The notes: a model not told the origin generated them from the letters alone. Counted from the stretch's first letter, positions 10,089 to 19,319 are shown. The stretch: DNA of 64,000 nucleotides from an uncultured Gammaproteobacteria bacterium (GCA_964448725.1 CAYVAJ010000002.1:66587-130586); one strand, 5' to 3'. Made by a program: numbers and translations.

Positions 10089-12488
10089 ATGAATCTGTCT
10101 AATAAATCCAAAACAAAATTAATTCCTGTAATCCCAATTCGAGACGGCATTGTTTTTCCTCATACAGAAAGTATTCTAACTTTTGGTCGTCCAAAAAGTT
10201 TGGCAGCACTTGAGTCAGCATTCTCTGGTGAGCGTGTTGTCTGTTTTGTTCTACAACGTAATCCTCGTCAAAATGATCCAAATCCTGAAGACCTCTATAG
10301 TATGGGTACTGTCTCACACATTGAACGCATGATTCGTTCTGACGGGGAAGTAAATGCATTAGTCCGCGGACTTACCCGTTCAAAAATTATTTCTTATGAA
10401 GATAAAGGTAACTATTTCCTTGCAGAAATTGAAGAAATAGATGAAGATGATACTGCAAATGCTGAAATTAAAGCACTTACCAATCATTTAATTAGTGAGT
10501 TTAAAAAAGCGCTCAATTATGGCAAACAAGCAGACTTTCTGGTGTTTATGAATATTATGTCTGAGATTACTGCCGGAGAACTTGCTGATCAAATTGCCTC
10601 AACACTTGATATCAAAGGAAGTGAACGTCAGGAAATTTTAGAAACAATCGATGTAAAGAAACGGCTTGAGAAAGTATCAGAATTCCTCTCAAGAGAAGTA
10701 AAGGTGCTTGAGCTCGAGCGGAAAATTGCCTCTAAAACACAAGAACAATTTGAAAAGAATGCAAAAGAAGCGATTCTGCGAGAAAGACTTAAGACAATAG
10801 AAAAAGAGCTTGGTGAATCAGATGAGGGTGGAGAAGTTCGTGAGTTACTTGACAAAATTCGCAAAGCAGGAATGCCAAAAGATGTCGAAGAAAAAGCTCG
10901 CAAAGAACTGCGTAAATTACAACAGACAACCCCATACAATCCTGAAGCAGGATATATTCGTAATTATCTTGAATGGTTAGTCGCACTGCCATGGAGTAAA
11001 AAGACAAAAAGTACTCTTGATATGAAAAAAGCAGAAGAAGTACTGAATGAGGAACATTATGGCCTTGAAAAAGTAAAAGAGCGAATTGTTGAGTATCTCG
11101 CTGTCCATAAACTGTCTGGAAAAATGAAAGGTCCGATTATCTGTTTTGTAGGGCCGCCAGGTGTAGGTAAAACATCTATTTGTAAATCAATTGCAAAATC
11201 ACTGAATCGTAAATTTGTAAAGCTCTCGCTTGGAGGTATCAGAGATGAAGCAGAGATTCGTGGACATAGACGTACGTACGTTGGTGCATTACCAGGACGA
11301 ATTATCCAGGGTATTAAAGATGCAGGCACAAAAAATCCAGTGTTCATGCTTGATGAAATCGATAAAGTTGGCAGTGACTTTAGAGGTGATCCTACGGCAG
11401 CACTTCTTGAAGCGCTTGATCCAGAACAAAACGACAAATTTGGTGATCACTATCTAGATGTAGATTTTGATCTTTCAGATGTAATGTTTATCACCACAGC
11501 TAACATGTTGGATACTATACCACCTGCGCTTCGTGACAGACTTGAGATTATTCGGTTTGCTGGATACACAGAAGATGAGAAGTTCCACATTGCTAAAAAT
11601 TTCTTAGTTAAAAAACAGCGTGAGGCACACGGTCTGAAAGCAGAAGATGTAAAAATGACTGATGATGCACTCAGATATATCATCAGACGGTATACTCGTG
11701 AAGCAGGTGTTCGAAGTCTCGAACGTGAAATTGCAGCAGTGATGCGAAAGGTAGCAAAAGGAGTTGCTGCAGGAAAGAAAGCAAAAGTAGAAGTAACACA
11801 AAGAATTGTAACTAAATATCTGGGTCCTGCAAAATTTGCTTCAACGATTGCTGAGAAGAAAAATGAAGTGGGTATTTCAACAGGACTTGCCTATACTGAG
11901 GTTGGAGGAGATATTCTCTTTATTGAGATTGCGCTCATGCCGGGTAAAGGTAGACTTACTCTTACTGGAAAACTTGGTGATGTCATGAAAGAATCAGCAC
12001 AAGCTGCACTATCTTATATCAGGTCTCGGGCAAAGAAACTTGGACTGGCAGAAGATTTCTATGACAAAATTGATATCCATATCCATGTACCTGAGGGTGC
12101 AGTACCAAAAGATGGACCATCAGCAGGAACAGCAATTACAACTGCTATTGTCTCAGCACTCACCAAAATTCCGACTAACCATTTAGTAGGTATGACAGGT
12201 GAAGTAACTCTGCGCGGACGAGTGCTTGAGATTGGTGGAGTCAAAGAAAAGGTAATTGCAGCACATCGCGCTGGACTAAAGACAATAATCATGCCAAAAG
12301 AGAACAGAAAAGATCTTGAAGATGTACCGAAAGAAGTGATTAAGGACTTACGATTTGTATTCGTTAATCATATGGATGATGTATTAAAGGTAGCACTTAC
12401 CAAACCATTACCGGGATTTAAAGAATTAAAGGGTGAAAAGGAAATGAAAAAAAATCTGACATTACTTCGACCCACTCCAGCTGAATAG
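10089..12488 (+). CDS. lon: ATP-dependent protease La
   Basis: Walker [21 protein letters not shown], catalytic PKDGPSAG. Confidence 0.98.
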   Translation: MNLSNKSKTKLIPVIPIRDGIVFPHTESILTFGRPKSLAALESAFSGERVVCFVLQRNPRQNDPNPEDLYSMGTVSHIERMIRSDGEVNALVRGLTRSKIISYEDKGNYFLAEIEEIDEDDTANAEIKALTNHLISEFKKALNYGKQADFLVFMNIMSEITAGELADQIASTLDIKGSERQEILETIDVKKRLEKVSEFLSREVKVLELERKIASKTQEQFEKNAKEAILRERLKTIEKELGESDEGGEVRELLDKIRKAGMPKDVEEKARKELRKLQQTTPYNPEAGYIRNYLEWLVALPWSKKTKSTLDMKKAEEVLNEEHYGLEKVKERIVEYLAVHKLSGKMKGPIICFVGPPGVGKTSICKSIAKSLNRKFVKLSLGGIRDEAEIRGHRRTYVGALPGRIIQGIKDAGTKNPVFMLDEIDKVGSDFRGDPTAALLEALDPEQNDKFGDHYLDVDFDLSDVMFITTANMLDTIPPALRDRLEIIRFAGYTEDEKFHIAKNFLVKKQREAHGLKAEDVKMTDDALRYIIRRYTREAGVRSLEREIAAVMRKVAKGVAAGKKAKVEVTQRIVTKYLGPAKFASTIAEKKNEVGISTGLAYTEVGGDILFIEIALMPGKGRLTLTGKLGDVMKESAQAALSYIRSRAKKLGLAEDFYDKIDIHIHVPEGAVPKDGPSAGTAITTAIVSALTKIPTNHLVGMTGEVTLRGRVLEIGGVKEKVIAAHRAGLKTIIMPKENRKDLEDVPKEVIKDLRFVFVNHMDDVLKVALTKPLPGFKELKGEKEMKKNLTLLRPTPAE

Positions 12489-12613
12489 CCTGTAATAAAC
12501 TGTTTTATTTGCATCTTTTGTAAGAAAATGCCTGAGAACATCTCGATTATTGTCTATAATGGTTCTCCAGAAAGTAAGTGAATTTTACATAATAATTTAG
12601 TACCTATAGTATA

Positions 12614-12642
12614 TTGACAGAATTAAAATTTCTGGGTATACT
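12614..12642 (+). promoter_or_regulatory. Sigma70 promoter, module 1
   Basis: TTGACA-N17-TATACT. Confidence 0.7.
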
Positions 12643-12645
12643 GAG

Positions 12646-12702
12646 AAGCAACCATATTAAGAACTGGCGAAAGTCAACTTCTTGAGACCGGTTGCTTTTT
12701 TT
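12646..12702 (+). terminator. Promoter-proximal hairpin with U-tract (attenuator or small RNA)
   Basis: AAGCAACC/GGTTGCTT stem, inner stem with GAAA tetraloop, followed by T run. Confidence 0.55.
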
Positions 12703-12939
12703 GTACCTAAAAATCAGTCTTTTTAGACAGTTCTTTAACAAGATGTTTTATTCAGAAATTATTTTTAAGTAAAGACTGTGAAGAGAGGGCTGATTTTCTT
12801 CAGTGTTCCCTTCGCAGTCTTTGCTTACCGGCTGTGCCGGATGACGGAGGCAAAGTGGAATTGAGAGGAACAATCTTCTATTCGTAACCTTGGGACGTCA
12901 TCCCATAACAACCATTCGATTTCATTGAAAGGTACGGTC

Positions 12940-13077
12940 ATGTTGCTCCCCGACTTTCTCCCCGACGATGTTTACGTAGACCTCATCATTGTGATGAGGT
13001 ACAACGAGATTCTTAAGGAGAAATTTCGGATGGCTGCACGCCGTGCAGTCAATAGAAAATATGAAAGTTTCGCATAG
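12940..13077 (+). CDS. Small hypothetical protein (45 aa)
   Basis: SD-like GAAAGG; MLLPDFLPDDVYVDLIIVMRYNEILKEKFRMAARRAVNRKYESFA. Confidence 0.35.
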   Translation: MLLPDFLPDDVYVDLIIVMRYNEILKEKFRMAARRAVNRKYESFA

Positions 13078-13162
13078 CTGACGTTTCGCTTTTCGTGAAA
13101 GGAGGCGCCTATACGCCTTTCTGTTCTTCAGTGGGGACATCGATTCATTGGAAGGGATCATC

Positions 13163-13468
13163 ATGGACACTGAAAAAAATAGTGCTTACTCCTCCTACAT
13201 GAGAAAGGAGATGGCGTGGTGGTACGAAAAGCTGTCCTCGCTTGAAGAGGAAGTTTTTCATGCACTGCTGCGCGTCTTGCAGACACCCTGCCGGGTGTTC
13301 TCAGAATGGGAAGAGGAAGCTCTTGCCCGTGAGGGGATCTGTGGACCATCTGGGCCTTGCGGATGCGGGACATACACCCGCAGAATGTTTTACCACTCGG
13401 TAGATGCCCTTCGGGCAGTCCTGCCGAGCTTCCACCGCAACAACTTCACAATCAGGTACGCCGCCTGA
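13163..13468 (+). CDS. Hypothetical protein, Cys-containing
   Basis: SD GAAGGGA before ATG 13163; higher GC than flanks. Confidence 0.5.
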   Translation: MDTEKNSAYSSYMRKEMAWWYEKLSSLEEEVFHALLRVLQTPCRVFSEWEEEALAREGICGPSGPCGCGTYTRRMFYHSVDALRAVLPSFHRNNFTIRYAA

Positions 13469-13517
13469 TACACAACTGAATAAAATATTTAACAGCCAAT
13501 GGCTGTACATCGTGCAA

Positions 13518-13654
13518 TAGCACGAAAATGAGCACGGGGTTATCAGGTGACAAGGTATGCTTTGCTGCATAAATGGCTTGTCTCCCGACGACTTTTACTG
13601 CTCATTATTGCCGGGCGGGGACACACTACTTCCCCGCTCGGATACGCTCATTTC
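13518..13654 (+). repeat. Structured 3' element, copy 1
   Basis: TAGCAC..ATGAGCAC...GCTCAT plus CCGGGCGGGGA/TCCCCGCTCGG hairpin; homologous to 14201-14330. Confidence 0.75.
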
Positions 13655-13688
13655 CTACAGTAGATCATTCTCATTTTTTTATTCATTA

Positions 13689-13717
13689 TTGACTCTCTTT
13701 TTGCAAGCAATTATACT
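13689..13717 (+). promoter_or_regulatory. Sigma70 promoter, module 2
   Basis: TTGACT-N17-TATACT. Confidence 0.7.
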
Positions 13718-13795
13718 GGTGAACAACCATGTAATTGGTTAAAAGCACCTTAAAGTTGAAGTGGTATTATTTCCATAAAATCCTTTAATTATATT

Positions 13796-13848
13796 CAGAA
13801 TTGCTCATGAGAGGAGAGTGTATAACTCTTTTGTGGTGAGCAATTCTG
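13796..13848 (+). repeat. Leader hairpin, copy A
   Basis: CAGAATTGCTCA/TGAGCAATTCTG stem around TGAGAG-GAGAGT..ACTCTTTT. Confidence 0.7.
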
Positions 13849-13918
13849 TTCGTTTAGAGAAAGGAGTTTATATTCGCGGTTTCTGTAGCGGTAGTGGGAT
13901 TACGAAAGGATCTCGATA

Positions 13919-14203
13919 ATGCAGGAGTCTGTTGTTGCAGACGAAGAGACTCAGGTGGGCTTAGTACTTGTCGTTCCTGCTCTGGTGTACGGACATGGTC
14001 GGCATGTAGAGTCAGTTGATGGCTTTGCCCGCCACAAAGACTGTCGTATTGTTCCTATTCCGACAGATCCGAAGAACGTGATCGTTCACTTGGGTCCTTC
14101 TTGGAGGTGTAAAACCTCTGATGGGATTACTTATATCTCTAACAACGATGGGCTCGTGTGCTACTACTGTGGGGAGTCACCTCGCGCCATCTTCTTTCTG
14201 TAG
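13919..14203 (+). CDS. Hypothetical protein with C-terminal CxxC
   Basis: SD GAAAGGA; CYYCG motif. Confidence 0.5.
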   Translation: MQESVVADEETQVGLVLVVPALVYGHGRHVESVDGFARHKDCRIVPIPTDPKNVIVHLGPSWRCKTSDGITYISNNDGLVCYYCGESPRAIFFL

Positions 14204-14330
14204 CACAAGATGAGCACCGGGTAGTCTTGGGAAGAGTAGTGCGCTGAAAGCACAATATCTCGTCTCCTGATAACTTGTACGCTCATCATACCCGAGCGGG
14301 GACTCACTCCCCGCTCGGTATACACATTTC
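14201..14330 (+). repeat. Structured 3' element, copy 2
   Basis: TAGCAC..ATGAGCAC...GCTCAT plus CCGAGCGGGGA/TCCCCGCTCGG hairpin. Confidence 0.75.
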
Positions 14331-14359
14331 AATATATTTTATAACTGCTTGCTGCGTTA

Positions 14360-14388
14360 TTGACTCTCACATATATTGTCTTTATACT
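14360..14388 (+). promoter_or_regulatory. Sigma70 promoter, module 3
   Basis: TTGACT-N17-TATACT. Confidence 0.7.
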
Positions 14389-14487
14389 TGTCCTCAATTG
14401 GGTCAGAATTTTAGCGTAATAAAGATTGCTTGGTTCTGATTTTATTTTAATTTGTACATTAACAGCTATTTGGAAATGTAATATTTC

Positions 14488-14541
14488 ACAGAATCGCCGT
14501 GAGAGCAGAGTAGTAATACTCTTTTCTTCCGGCGGTTTTGT
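14488..14541 (+). repeat. Leader hairpin, copy B
   Basis: ACAGAATCGCCG/CGGCGGTTTTGT stem around TGAGAG-CAGAGT..ACTCTTTT. Confidence 0.7.
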
Positions 14542-14557
14542 AAAGAAAGGGGGTACT

Positions 14558-14875
14558 GTGTATCGCTTTGGCATTATTGTCATGATCATGTGTCTTGTGA
14601 TTGCACCACTCATTGTGGCGCATGATGCTGTTGTCGTACTAGCTGTGTTGCTAAGCATGAACCTTCTCTGGCTTGCAGGATTTTTTCAGTCTGCAAAGCG
14701 CACTGCTTCTCGTGCACACCTTGAACAGATATACCAAACATTGGGTGTGCTTACCGGTCCTTGGTATGCAACCAAGTATACTTACGTCCAGATCAAGAGT
14801 CAGAATCATGAGGCAACAAAACCTTTGAGAAAGGAGTATGCCGTATGGCAGTCCAGAAGGTTTAGAACGGTGTAA
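14558..14875 (+). CDS. Hypothetical two-TM membrane protein
   Basis: SD AGAAAGGGGG before GTG 14558; two hydrophobic helices. Confidence 0.55.
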   Translation: MYRFGIIVMIMCLVIAPLIVAHDAVVVLAVLLSMNLLWLAGFFQSAKRTASRAHLEQIYQTLGVLTGPWYATKYTYVQIKSQNHEATKPLRKEYAVWQSRRFRTV

Positions 14876-14916
14876 GCCGTTTTGTAGCTTTACTCGAATT
14901 ATTGAAGGGATAACTC

Positions 14917-15195
14917 ATGACAAATCGGAGTAAGGGTGGATATCCAGAAAAGTCTTCTGTTCCGAATGCGCCTCGCAAACTTGTGATCGCAATTCGCGAA
15001 TACCGGAATCGAAGACAGAAGATCAATACTAACCGTAAGGATATGCGTTCAAAGAAGAATCCACTCCTTACCTAGTTCCAGATAGACACTGCGTTGGAGG
15101 ACATGGTAATCACTATGACAGCTGTACAATCGAAATCAATCGCTGAGGTTGATACGCGATCTGCAGTTTTCCTCCAACGCAGATCACATTTTTGA
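14917..15195 (+). pseudogene. Basic orphan ORF with in-frame TAG at 15073-15075 (or a 52 aa gene)
   Basis: SD GAAGGGA; 52 codons, TAG, then 39 further open codons in the same frame. Confidence 0.35.
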
Positions 15196-15220
15196 TTTCA
15201 ACCTCTTATTTAGGTATAAT
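15192..15220 (+). promoter_or_regulatory. Sigma70 promoter upstream of the tRNA-Glu locus
   Basis: TTGATT-N17-TATAAT. Confidence 0.6.
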
Positions 15221-15239
15221 TCTAGAGCCTTAAGGCGGT

Positions 15240-15312
15240 TTATGGTTAGTGGATTATGGTCATTAGGCAGTAAATATCTCTTTATTAATAATTCGTAAAC
15301 CATGAATCATTG
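15240..15312. repeat. Degenerate inverted heptamer arrays
   Basis: TTATGGT TAGTGGA TTATGGT ... TTCGTAA ACCATGA. Confidence 0.45.
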
Positions 15313-15314
15313 AC

Positions 15315-15381
15315 GGCCCCATCGTTTCCGATGATGGTATCATTCGGAATCCCGATGGAAACTACCATCGGGGCTAGAGGC
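15315..15381 (+). repeat. Duplicate of tRNA-Glu nt 1-19 interrupted by two hairpins
   Basis: GGCCCCATCGT [48 bp: TTCCGATGAT..ATCATTCGGAA, CCCGATGG..CCATCGGG] CTAGAGGC. Confidence 0.85.
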
Positions 15382-15397
15382 TATATATAATACGTAT

Positions 15398-15652
15398 ATG
15401 TACTGTATGTACATTTTACAGAGAGAGGTTGATAATTCCTTTTATATAGGAAGCACGGACAATATTGATAAGAGGATTGATAAGCATAATAAAGGGTATT
15501 CAAGGTACACGAAGAGTAAAAGACCTTGGAAATTAGTGTATAACGAAATTTATAATACTCTTTCAGAGGCAAGAAAACGCGAATATTATTTAAAGTCACT
15601 TAAGAGCAGAACTGCAATAGAAAAGTTAATTAAAATTGGCCCCATCGTCTAG
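15398..15652 (+). CDS. Small GIY-YIG nuclease family protein
   Basis: YIL...FYIGST...R...HN...YT...RPW...E...ARKRE; last codons GPIV* are the tRNA 5' end. Confidence 0.9.
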   Translation: MYCMYILQREVDNSFYIGSTDNIDKRIDKHNKGYSRYTKSKRPWKLVYNEIYNTLSEARKREYYLKSLKSRTAIEKLIKIGPIV

Positions 15653-15710
15653 AGGCCTAGGACATCAGGTTCTCATCCTGAAAACCGGGATTCGAATTCC
15701 CGTGGGGTCA
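15638..15710 (+). tRNA. tRNA-Glu(CTC)
   Basis: GGCCCCA/TGGGGTC acceptor stem; TCAGG-TTCTCAT-CCTGA anticodon arm; TTCGAAT T-loop. Confidence 0.95.
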
Positions 15711-17160
15711 CTAAAGTTGTTTTATTGCCTGCAAAATCACCGATTAGATTGAAAGGAAGCCCTAAAGTAGCGGTTCCAAATCCTTCGTTGCTAACAGGCA
15801 TGCCACTTGGAAATAACAATGACTGGAACCTTTGTTTGTTCTCCAAATTAGACTCAAACCACAGTGATGCTACATTATCAAAGAGTGTTTCTACTAAAGA
15901 TATTAAGTGGTCTATATTTGTCTCACTCTCTCTGTAGTCTCCACGTTCAATTTCTTTTACAGTAATATTATCGTTTAATTGTTTAACCTGTGATTTATAA
16001 TCCTCATCTGAAACAATACCGTCAAGGTTTTTCTTAAGCAGTTTATCTTTCATATTTTTAAAGTGCATGATTTCTAAATCTATATTTCTAAGAGCTGTCT
16101 CTGCTTCAAGATGTTTCCTCTTCCATACATCACGTACTATTAATTGAAACAGCTTTGAGAGCTCCTGATTTGGCTGTATTGTTTTTATATACTCATAAAA
16201 TAAATTATCTAACTGCTCTTGTCTTACCCTGACAGCTCCGCATATACAATGATAGTAAGAGTATTTTAGACGTCTTCCTTTTGATTTGCTTCCTGTTAGC
16301 CTCTTCCCACAATCTGAACACGTTAGCACGCTTTTAAGTGGAAAGGTGGGATTTTTACTAAAGTGTGGTATAGCTGCTGTAACCGACTTTCCCAAACGTA
16401 TATTGTTTACTGTGTAGAATAATTCTTTACTAACTAATGGCTCGTGGGCTCCTACATGCTCTTCTCCCCACGCTTCAACTACTCCCATGTACAACTTGTT
16501 TGAAAAAATCTTTATCATTAGTTGTGGGGTTATACGTTTATTCTTCTCAGTTCTCAATCCCATCCTATTAAGTTTCTTGCTAATAGAAATGACTGAGTAT
16601 CCACCTTTGGCGTAAGTTTCAAATGCAGTCTTAATATAGGAAGCTCTAGTGTTATCAATAATTAACCCTGCAGGTGAATTTTTATAACCAATAGGAGCTT
16701 TCCAAGGCCAGTGTCCTTGTCGTGCCTTTTCTTTCATACCTTCCTTTGTCCTATCTGAACGAACATCATTGTCAAACTGTGCGATAGAAGAAAAAATGTT
16801 CTCCATTAACTTTCCCGCTGGAGTATCATCAATTTGTTCTGAAACAGACCGGAGTTTTACTCCCACTTTTAGTAATGCTGCTCTTACTGCGCTATGGTCT
16901 GCGGTATTTCTAGAGAACCTATCTAATTTATGGACTAATAAAATGTCTATCTTACCTCTATTTTCGTGACAAAATTTTAGAAGTTTTAGGAGCTGAGTTC
17001 TGTCTGCGGTTTTTGCTGACTCTCCTTGTTCTTGGAATACTTGAACAATATTCCAACCCATTCTCTCTGCGTATTCTTTACACAATTTTTCCTGGTACGT
17101 TAAGCTGTAACCCTCTATTTGTTCTTTTGTGCTGACTCTTGTGTAAAGAATGACATTCAT
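15673..17160 (-). CDS. Large serine recombinase (integrase)
   Basis: YTRVST catalytic Ser, LDRFSRN, recombinase domain, CSDCG zinc ribbon, coiled coil. Confidence 0.93.
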   Translation of the reverse strand: MNVILYTRVSTKEQIEGYSLTYQEKLCKEYAERMGWNIVQVFQEQGESAKTADRTQLLKLLKFCHENRGKIDILLVHKLDRFSRNTADHSAVRAALLKVGVKLRSVSEQIDDTPAGKLMENIFSSIAQFDNDVRSDRTKEGMKEKARQGHWPWKAPIGYKNSPAGLIIDNTRASYIKTAFETYAKGGYSVISISKKLNRMGLRTEKNKRITPQLMIKIFSNKLYMGVVEAWGEEHVGAHEPLVSKELFYTVNNIRLGKSVTAAIPHFSKNPTFPLKSVLTCSDCGKRLTGSKSKGRRLKYSYYHCICGAVRVRQEQLDNLFYEYIKTIQPNQELSKLFQLIVRDVWKRKHLEAETALRNIDLEIMHFKNMKDKLLKKNLDGIVSDEDYKSQVKQLNDNITVKEIERGDYRESETNIDHLISLVETLFDNVASLWFESNLENKQRFQSLLFPSGMPVSNEGFGTATLGLPFNLIGDFAGNKTTLVTPREFESRFSG

Positions 17161-17169
17161 AGTATTTAC

Positions 17170-17361
17170 TTAATTCCCATTTTCGCTTTTTAGCTTCAAG
17201 GAGTCAATAACCCCACGTTGTTTTTTGGAACCGTAAGTGTCAATGTATATTTCTGCTAACACCTCCATGCTGTTAATCAGAGAGAGAAGCTCATCATCGG
17301 TAAACTTACTGGCACTCTTTCCTAATATTCTTTTAGCGGTTTTTAAGGTTACTGTTTTCAT
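17170..17361 (-). CDS. Small protein directly upstream of the integrase (possible directionality factor or regulator)
   Basis: Position and co-orientation only. Confidence 0.5.
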   Translation of the reverse strand: MKTVTLKTAKRILGKSASKFTDDELLSLINSMEVLAEIYIDTYGSKKQRGVIDSLKLKSENGN

Positions 17362-17419
17362 CCTGCCTATATTAGGCATATAAGCTGGATATGGAGATTG
17401 TAATATTTGGGTCTAAAAA

Positions 17420-17851
17420 TTACTCAGTAAATGCCAGTTCTTTATCTTTCTCTTCCATAATTTTCAGTGCATCAGCCAGAATATCAGGCGATACATTGAA
17501 GGTGTTATTCTGTGTGGCTTTTACTAGAGGAGAAGCATCTGTGATACCATGAGAAGCCTTTAAGAGAAATGCTGCAAACCTCGCGTTATATTTGTTGCTA
17601 AGTCCCCCGGAGATGAGCAAGTGTCTTTGAGCGTCACGAAGCATCTCCATCGTCTGCATAAAATCAGAATGCTCCTTCTCCCACTCGTATAATACCCTTG
17701 TTCCTACCCCTAAATAAGACGCTAAATGCTCAATAGTGGGAAATTCATCATTTTGAAGACACTTCTTTGTGTAATGCATTACACGTTTCGGAGTCTCTTT
17801 TGTGTACTTTGTAGGTCTTCCTCTTTTGAGTGTAAATATCTGTTGCTCCAT
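17420..17851 (-). CDS. Phage terminase small subunit / DNA-packaging gp3-like protein
   Basis: GRPTKY, PTIEHLASYLGV...LYEW HTH, GLSNKYNARFAAFLLK. Confidence 0.7.
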   Translation of the reverse strand: MEQQIFTLKRGRPTKYTKETPKRVMHYTKKCLQNDEFPTIEHLASYLGVGTRVLYEWEKEHSDFMQTMEMLRDAQRHLLISGGLSNKYNARFAAFLLKASHGITDASPLVKATQNNTFNVSPDILADALKIMEEKDKELAFTE

Positions 17852-17902
17852 ACTAATATTATCTCACTAATGAAGCTACTTTGTAATGTGATTTCAGTCT
17901 AA

Positions 17903-18574
17903 ATGTACTATAATCCCATCAATGTGTCATATAAAGTAATTCTGGAAAATTCTATAAAAAGTATCTTTGATGACTTTGAGAAAATGGGAGGTCATATAAA
18001 AAACCCATCAATCATTGATAGATACTTAATTGCTGCAACTTATAAAGCTGCTAGACTAACTAACACTCTCATTTTGCTATGTGAGAACGGAAAATGTGAG
18101 GATGCATTAATAATTCTGCGGTCTTTAATAGAACATACTGTAAATATGCGGTGGATTACTACCAGAGATACTAAAACAAGGATAAAAATGTATGTTAATG
18201 ATATTAGCGATAAAGGATTTGGTGCTCAATGGACCGATGTAAATTTATATGACAGAATGAAACAAATTAGTTTTGAAGATAAGGACTATTTTGATTTTTG
18301 TGTAAAGCTAACCTACTCCTATGCCCATGTAAACGCATTGTCACTAAGATGGGGAGAAGTATATGATGACCCCAGGTTAAGAGACGATGATTGGCCTCCT
18401 GATGCAATCTATCAAGTTGCTGCTCAGATGACTGGACATGTAATGCTTGCTTTGAATAAAAACTACAAAGAATATTTTAAGGGTTATGATAGGCTATGGG
18501 AGAGCATTCCGGTTGATAAGGATATCAGAAAAAAATATGAGGAAGTTAAGGAGAAGTTGAAAAATGAACGATAA
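17903..18574 (+). CDS. DUF5677 / HEPN-like helical protein
   Basis: ALIILRSLIE ... YSYAHVN pattern. Confidence 0.55.
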   Translation: MYYNPINVSYKVILENSIKSIFDDFEKMGGHIKNPSIIDRYLIAATYKAARLTNTLILLCENGKCEDALIILRSLIEHTVNMRWITTRDTKTRIKMYVNDISDKGFGAQWTDVNLYDRMKQISFEDKDYFDFCVKLTYSYAHVNALSLRWGEVYDDPRLRDDDWPPDAIYQVAAQMTGHVMLALNKNYKEYFKGYDRLWESIPVDKDIRKKYEEVKEKLKNER

Positions 18575-19319
18575 ACAGAGTTGCGTATTTTGTCATAGTA
18601 CCTCTAATAAGATGTCACGTGAACATGTGTTTCCAAACTGGTTGTGCAATCTATACCCAGAAGAAACAATGATAATAAACCAATTTATTGGTAAATCTCA
18701 AAATATTTGGCCTTCAAAAATATTTCAACATAAAGCAAAAGTAGTATGTGAACCCTGTAATAATGGCTGGATGGCTGACCTGGAAGGTGAAGTTAAGCCA
18801 ATCCTTAGTAAAATGATGCGATTATCACCCTATGTTTTGAATGAAAGAGCCCAGGCTACTTTATCATTTTGGGCTCAAAAAACGCTGTTAATGCTCAATC
18901 AAGCAGTTCCTGGAGACCTCAAGATAACTTCTGACCTGTATGATGATTTATATACCAAGAAATCAGCATCCTCTAAGGTGCTTGTACAAATAGGCTGGAG
19001 AATGCTCAATAGAGGTACAAAAGATGAACCAATCGCAAGTTTTGAATTAAAACAGATACCTTCTGTAGAAGTGCCCCGAGAACTATTAGGGGCTCTTGAA
19101 AAGCAAAAAGACTCAGGAGGCTTTATATGGAAAGCTGTCATTGCGATTGGACCAGTAGTCTTTGAAATGGCTGGTCATAATATGCAGATAACTCTTACAG
19201 TAGGCACGAACAGCAAGGTCTTCATTCCAATAAGGCCTTATAGGCAAGATATAACTTGGCCGCTGGAATGGCCGATAGAAGCTGAGGGTGGGTTACCAGA
19301 GATAAAGAGACGGCAATAA
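18564..19319 (+). CDS. HNH-like nuclease domain protein
   Basis: CVFC...SREHVFPNW...VCEPCNNGWM. Confidence 0.7.
   Translation: MNDKQSCVFCHSTSNKMSREHVFPNWLCNLYPEETMIINQFIGKSQNIWPSKIFQHKAKVVCEPCNNGWMADLEGEVKPILSKMMRLSPYVLNERAQATLSFWAQKTLLMLNQAVPGDLKITSDLYDDLYTKKSASSKVLVQIGWRMLNRGTKDEPIASFELKQIPSVEVPRELLGALEKQKDSGGFIWKAVIAIGPVVFEMAGHNMQITLTVGTNSKVFIPIRPYRQDITWPLEWPIEAEGGLPEIKRRQ

Noticed and set aside
12955-12976. Possible third copy of the 3' element (TCTCCCCGACGA..TTTAC)
   Set aside because: Short match inside a plausible small ORF, without the closing stem or GC hairpin.
12640-13150. tmRNA, RNase P, SRP or 6S RNA
   Set aside because: Hallmark motifs (tRNA-like ends, GAGGAAAGUCC, SRP GGAA loop context) were not found by eye.
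13470-14330. Integron attC cassette array
   Set aside because: No convincing RYYYAAC/GTTRRRY ends, no integron integrase, and the modules carry their own promoters.
15326-15648. Group I intron with homing endonuclease inside tRNA-Glu
   Set aside because: A complete uninterrupted tRNA exists at 15638-15710 and the non-coding part is too short for a ribozyme core.
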